Below are positions 55,237 through 64,000 of a stretch of 64,000 nt of DNA, piece by piece. How positions within the stretch are numbered: position 1 is the stretch's first letter; each line of letters begins with the position of its first letter. This DNA comes from Octopus vulgaris (Eukaryota). A model generated the notes under the pieces. The model was not told the origin of the DNA, made no database searches, and saw only the letters and a program-made list of their open reading frames with translations. Both the position numbers and the translations under genes were made by a program. The stretch spans positions 57,350,001-57,414,000 of the forward strand of contig OX597828.1 in NCBI GenBank assembly GCA_951406725.2, in the 5' to 3' direction.

Positions 55237-55545
55237 ACACTCATATTCTGGGACCTGTGAAAATTCTACGGAAGGAAAATGATTAAGAGAAGCTATAGAA
55301 GGAAGAATCAATGATTGTCGTTTTTTATGTTGCTATTTTATTTCGTTTCCAGTCACAATAATATAGCATATAATTTTAAAATTTCCCTATCCTAAGCACT
55401 TTATAGTTATCTCTTTCTCTCAACCCTTTCAAGAAACTTTTTAATCATGTTATCCCTCCTTCATGTCTTTAACCTTTCTCTGCTTGCTCTACAGCCTCTA
55501 CCACCGCTATTCTTAATACATTAGCTGATAATATATATATATATT

Positions 55546-55581
<36 letters not shown>

Positions 55582-55849
55582 CATATTTATACACGTGTGT
55601 GTGTATGTGTGTGTCTGTGTGTGTGTGCGTGTATTCATAGGCTGCGTGCCTACACATTCATTAGTACGCCAGCTAACTTGCTTAGTGGCATTCCGACCCT
55701 TTGTACGCTGTGACTTCAAACTCCCGCGTGGTTTACTTCGCCTTCAAAGTCAATAAAATAAGCACCAGCCGAGCAGTGGGGTCGAATACATCGAAACTGG
55801 TGTCCCAATGCCAAAGTTTGAGAAATATATATATATTCCCTTTTCTTAT

Positions 55850-56044
55850 TATTTTAATTGTTTCAGTCATTTGACTGCGGCTATGCTGGAGAACCGCCTT
55901 TAGTCGAGCAAATCGACCCCAAGACTTATTCTTTGTAAGCCTAGTACTTAATCTATCGTTCTCTTTTGCAGAACTGCTAAGTTACGAGGACGTAAACACA
56001 CCATCATCGGTTGTCAAGCGATGTTGGGAGGAAAACACAGACAC

Positions 56045-56075
<31 letters not shown>

Positions 56076-56215
56076 TATATCCAAATCCACTCACAAAGCT
56101 TTGGTCGGCCCAAGACAATAGTAGAAAATACTTGCCCAATGTGCCACGCAGTGGGACTGAACCCGGAACCATGTAGTTCGTAAGCAAGCTACTTACCACG
56201 CACCCACCCCTGCGC
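55850..56215 (-). mobile_element. tRNA-derived SINE family 1
   Basis: Matches 22600-23030 over both head and tail. Confidence 0.85.
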
Positions 56216-56221
56216 TTATAC

Positions 56222-56253
<32 letters not shown>

Positions 56254-56869
56254 ATCACGTGACCGACCAAGCTATCAGATGTTCCTACACATCGCTGGTC
56301 ACAACAGGGATAGCCACAATCCCCTGCCGGAGCCTCCACCTATGAGAAGAAAAGCTACAGCGTCGGTATAAGGACAAAATGCTAATACTTCCGTAAAATC
56401 TCACAATGAGGACAATGGAAATGGTCCCGAGTCTCTAGCCGCTCTACCAAAGAAGCTAGTGGCCCTTTTCCAACATGTATAAAATTTTTAGAGTATTGAA
56501 ATATACCACTTCCAAATTAACACCCAATCAATTAAAGGACTAAGGACATAATATTTATTATTAACATAACACTTATGAATTAAAATAAATAATCTGCCTT
56601 AGGGACATAATTTTTATGGAATTATTATATATTTTTCATTTTATTTCGAAATACTGTGGGACATTCTTTTGTAGGTATGACATATATTTAATTTAACGAC
56701 GACGCAGATAATAACATGTGTTTGTGGTGAGATGTAAAACTGCAATAAACTCCATTTCTTTATATTGCTCTAAGTATTACTTCAGTATTATTTTACATTT
56801 TACATGAAACGAACATGCCTACAAATCTGTAGACTCTTTTGTGGATAAACCGGAACTAGTCAATTAACA

Positions 56870-57225
56870 AGTTGAGTTCTTAAACTTACAGCCGCCACCA
56901 AAAGCTCCACCTCATTGGCTTCCATGCAACCTTTCTCAACCAAAGATGTGTAATGGCACAAGACTTGTTGTAAATGAATTAATGAGAAGTATCATACAGG
57001 CCACAAAAATGTCTGGCTGTGCAAGAAATGTTTATACCACACAGTTCATTAACAAGTCCTAAGGACAGAGTTTGCGAGTTACAGGCTTGCAATTAGAAAA
57101 CGACTGTTTCTCACACGATCAGTTATATGTTGGGACATCCAGTGTGAGGGGCAAGAACGATCTTTTCATTTTTACCCCTACTGGTAAAACCCCGAAACAT
57201 TGTCTATACAGACGTTTTTACCATG
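56870..57225 (+). mobile_element. Helitron PIF1-helicase C-terminal relic
   Basis: Translates, with frameshifts, to FLN.....[25 protein letters not shown]...CFSH.QLYV..S, NIVY..V. Confidence 0.8.
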
Positions 57226-57604
57226 AGATCAAGAAACTAAAATTTTAAGAATGATTATTAACTTGGAACTGATATTGTCAACGTCACACTATCTTCGTTT
57301 CACAAAAGTTATGTGTACGTTTGTTTGTTGTAATAGTTAAGTCCAATAAATTATACGACATATGTTTTTAGTTTTCCCCGAACATTTCTTTACTTATCTT
57401 GTACTAGACATAAGCCAAAGTCTCTGCAATGTTTGCTTCATTTATAGACTGAAATACTACAGATCATAGATCAGACGTTTATGTACACCCATGATAATAC
57501 TGGCCAGAAGAAAAGAGCTCTATTGTCTACATGAAAGTTAACAACTATTTCATATATATATATTAGATGCAATTATAACTGAATAAATTTCAATATTCAT
57601 AGTA

Positions 57605-57649
<45 letters not shown>

Positions 57650-58564
57650 CAAGAGTTCTTGCTCCTTCTTCAGTACCTCATCCTACACATCGAAATATTA
57701 TCGAAGGTTAAAAAATTGATAATGATTGTATATACATATTGAAGTCTTATAAGCCTTTTATATACTTTGTAGTATATATTCTATATATACTGTGATTTGA
57801 GTATGCATGTGTATATTTATATGCGTATATGTGTATGTACTTTATGTAAGCAGGGGTGATAGTTGATGACTGTTTGTTATATGAGTTTTGTGGTGGGAGA
57901 ATTCGTTTGCCTCACTCATTAAGGTGACGATAAATTACTACGGTTTTGTTCACTTCAATTACAATATCTGGTTTCAATTAAAATCCATCAAAATGTAGTT
58001 GTACCTGGATAGACACAGATATTTTTATATATACCAAATGTTATGGTTTGGTCCATATATGTACCAAAGAAACTATTTAAAATGTCATGAGATGGAAATC
58101 TCAAAACAGCAGACATAATAATCTTTGATACTCCACGACATCACTTTGATATTCTGAAGAGGAGTTCATTAAAGGCTTGTGCATTTTCATACAACCCAAT
58201 GCATTCCTATTTGTTGCAGCAGAGAAATAATCTTGAACATATAATTCATAAATATCGCTGATCAGATTGTCTGTTTTACGCCAATAAATCTTACGTGAAA
58301 TGTCATACATGTCTTCAATTATGAAAATGTTTGCTATCAGTCTTGAAATTCAAATTCCAGCATTATTTGCGTAAACCTTAACTCACTCCATTAATACTTT
58401 TTTTTTTATTAAAGACCAAAGTTTTCGTGTGGATTGCACCATCTTTAAAGAAATACTGAGCCAACATTAAATGTTCTGTTATTCCCCCTGGACGAACGTA
58501 GCATTTCACAGATCATATACTAGGTTTCCAGAGAAATATTTTGAAATAAATATTGTTGAACTTG

Positions 58565-59767
58565 TTACTCCAGTGGTGTAAATAACAAAGTGGTAAATAA
58601 TATTGAAAATATAATCGATATAACAATACCAATTTTCAAGAATATGGCATCCAGTCTTACGTAGTCGGAGATACAATTTCTCTTTTTCTTACTTTGAAGT
58701 TCCTCTGCAATTAGAGATTCGGATTTTACCGTGGAAATCATTGAAATATCTGCAACGTTCTTACTTTGAGATTTGTTTTTGTTGAGGTCTGTCGAAACCG
58801 ATTTCTTTTCCCTAGATGACCGATTAATATACAACTTGCTTATAACCACCGATCCAAGCGTGACGATACCACTTAACATTGACAATAACATTAAATACAA
58901 CATGAGAAGTGAAGGATATCTTGAATTTTTTGGTGTATTCTTATCGATTTCGACAAGATATAAAACGTTTGATAAAAATATGGTCGTGGCTAGAGAAACT
59001 TTCTCTCCTGATTCAGGCGGAAGAACAAATACGAAAATGGTTAAAATAGTCATCATTACAGTCGGAATCAGCATAGCTATGATTCCTATCGTAGGTTTTC
59101 GTTGGAGATACATCACCGCAGCTGCCTGACTACCCTCATCATTTTCTGCAGATACCACTCCAAACATGTTGACATCCCACTTGTAGTTTTCTGTAACATT
59201 TAGATTTTTGTAATACATTGTTTGTATTCTCGTTTGACGAATAGAATGCACAGCAACGCACATATGTATTTCGCATCTATGCTCATCAAATGGATACGTA
59301 TAAGCGTTCACTTGGCAATAGGTCTCTATGTACTTAAGAGACCACATCTCGACAGTTCCATCATGATAAATCTTGACTTCTTGATCGGTATTGGCATCAC
59401 CTGGTTCATTCACTGAATTACACATTATAAGAGATGGGGTCCATATTTCATGTCTTGGCAGATTTATTTCTGTAATGTTGTTATAGTCCGATGGTTTCCA
59501 GATTAGATATGCGTCGATCCAATATGGCGCAATCATATACCGAGCCATGAGTATGTTATTTACGAAGTCCAAATCATAGAGTGTGTGAAGATCCAAATCA
59601 GTATATATATCGACAGAAGTGATCAAATTAATAACAGGTCTTATATCTTTTCTGTAATTCAACAGCAGGTTGTCTTTCAATCGTATTTCATCCTCGTGCG
59701 TCGGAAGAGATTTTACTGTTAATATAATCGAAGTCAAACTGAAAACAAAATATGTTATGAACATCAT
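58565..59767 (-). CDS. Atypical nAChR-like Cys-loop channel subunit (chemotactile-receptor-like), 400 aa, uninterrupted CDS
   Basis: First ATG at 59767 (the track start at 59773 is TTG). Signal peptide, CQVNAYTYPFDEHRC, PESGEKVSLATTIFLSNVLYLVE, four TMs, no vicinal cysteines. Closest to the 41374-42576 gene. Confidence 0.93.
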   Translation of the reverse strand: MMFITYFVFSLTSIILTVKSLPTHEDEIRLKDNLLLNYRKDIRPVINLITSVDIYTDLDLHTLYDLDFVNNILMARYMIAPYWIDAYLIWKPSDYNNITEINLPRHEIWTPSLIMCNSVNEPGDANTDQEVKIYHDGTVEMWSLKYIETYCQVNAYTYPFDEHRCEIHMCVAVHSIRQTRIQTMYYKNLNVTENYKWDVNMFGVVSAENDEGSQAAAVMYLQRKPTIGIIAMLIPTVMMTILTIFVFVLPPESGEKVSLATTIFLSNVLYLVEIDKNTPKNSRYPSLLMLYLMLLSMLSGIVTLGSVVISKLYINRSSREKKSVSTDLNKNKSQSKNVADISMISTVKSESLIAEELQSKKKRNCISDYVRLDAIFLKIGIVISIIFSILFTTLLFTPLE

Positions 59768-60462
59768 TATCAATTATATTTCAAGAAAGATTAAATATTA
59801 GTTTATCTCAACACTTGTGATAAGTGTTTCTGGTAAATATCGATATGTTTTAGTATTGTAATGTTTATATTAAATTTTGCGTAAATGAGCGTTATTCACT
59901 TTGTTATTGATACAAGGTAATATAGGGGAAGTTCTCTAGATAACGATAGAGCTGAAGCATGCAACAGTAGCATAAAGACAACTTTAAATGCAGTATACAA
60001 ACAACGAATTATCGTAAAATGCTCAGTATTTCTTTTCGAAAAGTGTTTTGCAATGTATGATACCTATATGAAAATGTTCTGGTCAATGTATTCCTTTAAA
60101 TTATAAGTTGTATATGTGAAAATAATTTACCATATGAAAAGTGAAAGTTGTTTAATTATTTCAATTTATATATTTTCTCCAATGTTGTTATATAAGTGGT
60201 TATTTTGTATTTCATCCTTTTTAGATACAAGTACAAATATGTATTTCAGGTATAATAATTCCAGTCTCAAAACTGAAAAACCATCAGACTGTCTTCTTTG
60301 ATATAAATGAAGAAATGTTTTCATGCCATAAATATACGGGATATCTCGGCGATTCAGCAACCTGAAAGAAACAAGTTCTAGAAGATATTATATGTATGGA
60401 TATTTTTTTAAAACCCTATCATGACAATAACGTTTCAACAATGCAAACAAGGATAATAATCC

Positions 60463-60725
60463 GTTCTACTATAGGCACAAAGCCTGGATTTTGTGGGGAG
60501 GGGGACAGTCAATAACATCGCCCTAGTCGTCAAATTATCGATCCCGATAGGATGAAAGGCAGAGACGACCTCGGCGGAATTTGAACTCAGAATGTAGCAG
60601 GGTACGAAATACCTATTTCTTTACTGTCCACAAGTGGCTAAACATAGAGGGGACAAACAAGGACAGACAAACGGATCAAGTCGATTATATCGACCCCAGT
60701 GCGTAACTGGTACTTATTTAATCGA
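60463..60725 (-). mobile_element. SINE family 4 (dimeric arrangement)
   Basis: Same order of segments as 28082-28345. Confidence 0.8.
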
Positions 60726-61738
60726 TAACGTGTCTTTAAAATCCTCGAAAACCTGTAGTTGAGTAGAATTCAATAACATTGTTTCATTGTTTTCTATTTC
60801 CGTGAAAGGAAAAATAGTTTCTCTACAAGGTGGAATAAATCAGTCGTAGAAATTAGTCAAACCGAGCAAATTCTCGTAACTTTGTTAAAGAAGCGGGTGG
60901 AATATCTCGAATAGCATCAATTTTATCCTGCAATGGATGTATTCCATCTTTTGTCATTACATGTCTCAGAAAATTGATAGAAGAAACTACAGAAACAGTT
61001 TCATTTACATTAAATATTACAACGTATTGTGACAGGCTAGTAAAAAGCTATTCTAAACAAAGGACATGGATTTTAGTGTGTTTTTCCAGCTTTTGCTGTT
61101 TTTTCTCTTTCTTCATATTTGACTTCTTTTTTTGTATTTGCCAGCTTCTCTAAAGACTGAAAACAGTATTTTGTTTTGTTCGTTTTTTGTGGCTATGTTT
61201 ATTAGTCTTCCTTGATTCTGTTGTAGTTGTTGCTGTAATCCTATGGTGATGGTTTTCAATTAGGTTTCTAGCTGTATAGGGCCTCTACCTCCTTTGATAC
61301 GTTGTATGTATAAATTTTTTTTATGTCAGAATTTGTGGGGTGTGTCTCACATTATGTGATACGCTCAGTGACACACTCAGACATGCACACACAAGGTGAC
61401 AGAGGTAAACACATACACACACACATAAAACACAAATGCACGAACACACAAGCACAGGATTATGTATGTTTATACAAAAGTATAACATACATACATATAC
61501 GCATACATGCATGCACACACTTACATGCATACATACATACATACATATATGTGTATGCATACACACATACACACATTGACGCACACACATGCACACAAAC
61601 AAATAAAAAGAACGCAGCTTGGATAATGAAAGGAGTCAACGAGTAATGAAAAGTTTGGAAGATGCAACGAAAATTTTAGAAAAATAATCAAATGAGTGCA
61701 TACTTTATCGGTTTGACTCTCCCCTGACACAACAAAAC

Positions 61739-61813
<75 letters not shown>

Positions 61814-61932
61814 TAGATATATATATATATATAGATAGATAGGTAGATAGATAGATATATAGATTAATAGATAGATAGATATAGATATATAGATATAGAT
61901 ATAGATATATAGATATATATGCATATATATGC

Positions 61933-61963
<31 letters not shown>

Positions 61964-61982
61964 CATACATACATATATATAT

Positions 61983-62064
<82 letters not shown>

Positions 62065-62176
62065 AAACGTCGGAGACAGAAAGGATTGAGAAGGAAAATT
62101 GGGGAGATAGGGGAAAATAAAACGGAGAAGGAAATGATCGGAAGCGGATGATTTTATATATATCTACAAATGTGTG

Positions 62177-62215
<39 letters not shown>

Positions 62216-63324
62216 CGACAGAGTTGGCCAAAAGTCACCCGATAGAAAATCAAAATTCCATAAATACTATTTGTATTTTGTGTATTGACTCTAATGGAAA
62301 AATGTCTCTCTCAAGGACTTCAGTTCGAACGCTTTTTCTGATGTTACATATTTATAGGTTTTTATTAAATTCTTTCAGTTGTTAAACATAAATAAATATT
62401 GGAATAAAATGGCTTTGATTTACTGTCTGGTGACTTTAGGCCAACCCTGTATATATATATATATATATATATATACATACATATATACATTTGTATTTAT
62501 GTTAAAAGTCATATTAAAATACAGATATACAATACATGAAATTATATATTATGTAAGAAATGTTTTGTTTATGTAATCGAAAATATTTTTAACTTCCTGC
62601 GAATGTGTTCTGGCTGTCTCTGATTGTCACGTCGTGGTGGTTGATCTATGTCTGTAATAATTCTGTCAACTCTGCTGTACCTCTAGGTTCCACTCTATTC
62701 TCTTAGTCCTACAGATCAAATACATCCAGGTTTTCAATTTGAACAGGGCGTATGATACCTCTCATACCGATAATATAGGCAAATGGGAACCATTGACGCC
62801 AGTGACGTGACATCTCCAAGTATCATTATAAGTCTACGGTTTCAGGACGTTGTACCAGATGTCATTTTGGAGATGAACGAAGATGCATATGTCCATGGGA
62901 AGTACTTTAGAATGGAGATAATATGGGCGATGAGAGGAAGAGATATAATTATGTATGAAGTGCCACAGAATATGTAAGATAAGACTTGCCAACACCGAAT
63001 CGCTAAAATCATTATGGAAACGGCAGATAGGAAAGATATTGGATATAGTTTAGGTATATCTTAGTAGCGTTCTCTACTAATATCATTACCGGTAACATAC
63101 TGAGCACACCACCCATGTATAAAATTATGTTAGAACAACACTCTTCGCACATCATCGTTAGTCTATAAATAAGATATTTACCTAATTTCTTCGGTATATT
63201 GTAGATGTTGAACCCTTATTTTTTGCATAATAATTTCAAAGCAAAATTAAGAGAATTAAAGAAAATACTGCAGACAATATGTTGTGTCATTACTATAAAA
63301 AATTTAAACGACAGCAAAGAAAGA

Positions 63325-63465
63325 AATTTAAGAAAAAAAGCAAGTCATGAAATTCTGATACTAACCATATATTGAAATCAAAGTGAATTCAGATTTTTCT
63401 GTGCACTGTAGACACACAATAGCTACACAGAGTGATATTCTTAAAAAACTGGAAGGTTATATATG
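63325..63465 (-). promoter_or_regulatory. Candidate promoter/first non-coding exon of the 58565-59767 gene
   Basis: Minus-strand TATATAA (63463-63457) is exactly 30 nt before the A of an Inr-like TCACTCT (63433). Donor-like atatg|GTTAGT at about 63365. Homologous to 44805-44962. Confidence 0.55.
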
Positions 63466-63584
63466 AACGTGTGGGTGACGCACACCCCAATATGCTAATG
63501 AATATGTATACGTATATATGTGTGTGAGTGTTTGTGTATGTGGGCTCGCGCGTTTGTGTGTGTACTTATATAGATATAAGGGTG

Positions 63585-63652
<68 letters not shown>

Positions 63653-63680
63653 TGCATACACATATATAAGTGTCATTTAT

Positions 63681-63723
<43 letters not shown>

Positions 63724-64000
63724 GTATATTATATTTTTGTGTATGTGTTAGTCATATGAATATTATATTCAAAGCATGTAATTGAAAGACACTCTCTGTG
63801 AAGTTGCCAACATGCAATAAATTGAACACAAACAATAGCGTAAGTAAAAGTTGATATAGTCAGCTTCTTTTCATTTTCAAAGTCAGTTCCGCCTATATTG
63901 ACTGAAAAATATGTTGTGCGTATGTGTGTGTTTGTTTGTATGTATGCGTATGTGTGTGCATGTGCGTGTGTATGTGTGCGTGTGTGCATGGTTGCGATTG

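Noticed and set aside
58773-59129. Plus-strand ORFs overlapping receptor genes (also 3235-3438 and 59222-59416)
   Set aside because: Antisense shadows of the minus-strand CDSs, with no recognisable motif.
59768-59773. Track start codon of the 402-aa ORF
   Set aside because: It is TTG; the first ATG at 59767 gives 400 aa, matching the paralogue.

Overview
AT-rich, microsatellite-dense eukaryotic DNA. The SINE/LINE repertoire and the receptor genes point to a cephalopod, most likely octopus (inference). The only intact host genes are three co-oriented minus-strand Cys-loop ligand-gated ion channel genes of about 400 aa (25996-27186, 41374-42576, 58565-59767), each with an uninterrupted CDS, plus a 5'-truncated fourth copy (2952-3413). 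They keep the C-x13-C loop and the cation-selective PESGEK-M2 pore but lack the acetylcholine aromatic box and the vicinal cysteines. This matches a tandem array of cephalopod chemotactile-receptor-like (atypical nAChR) genes. The paralogues share non-coding blocks that suggest a TATA/Inr promoter, a short non-coding exon and a 5'-UTR intron. The rest is decayed mobile DNA: (TAA)n-associated RLE-type LINEs (Dong/R4-like), RTE/CR1-like fragments, Tc1/mariner and Helitron fragments, several tRNA-derived SINE families, and many Penelope-like remnants with minimal hammerhead ribozyme motifs. Those remnants include two near-perfect 0.45-0.55 kb palindromes and a tRNA-headed element with a hammerhead-like tail. 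Most ORFs in the supplied track are microsatellite artefacts. All family assignments come from motif recognition by eye; no database searches were run.
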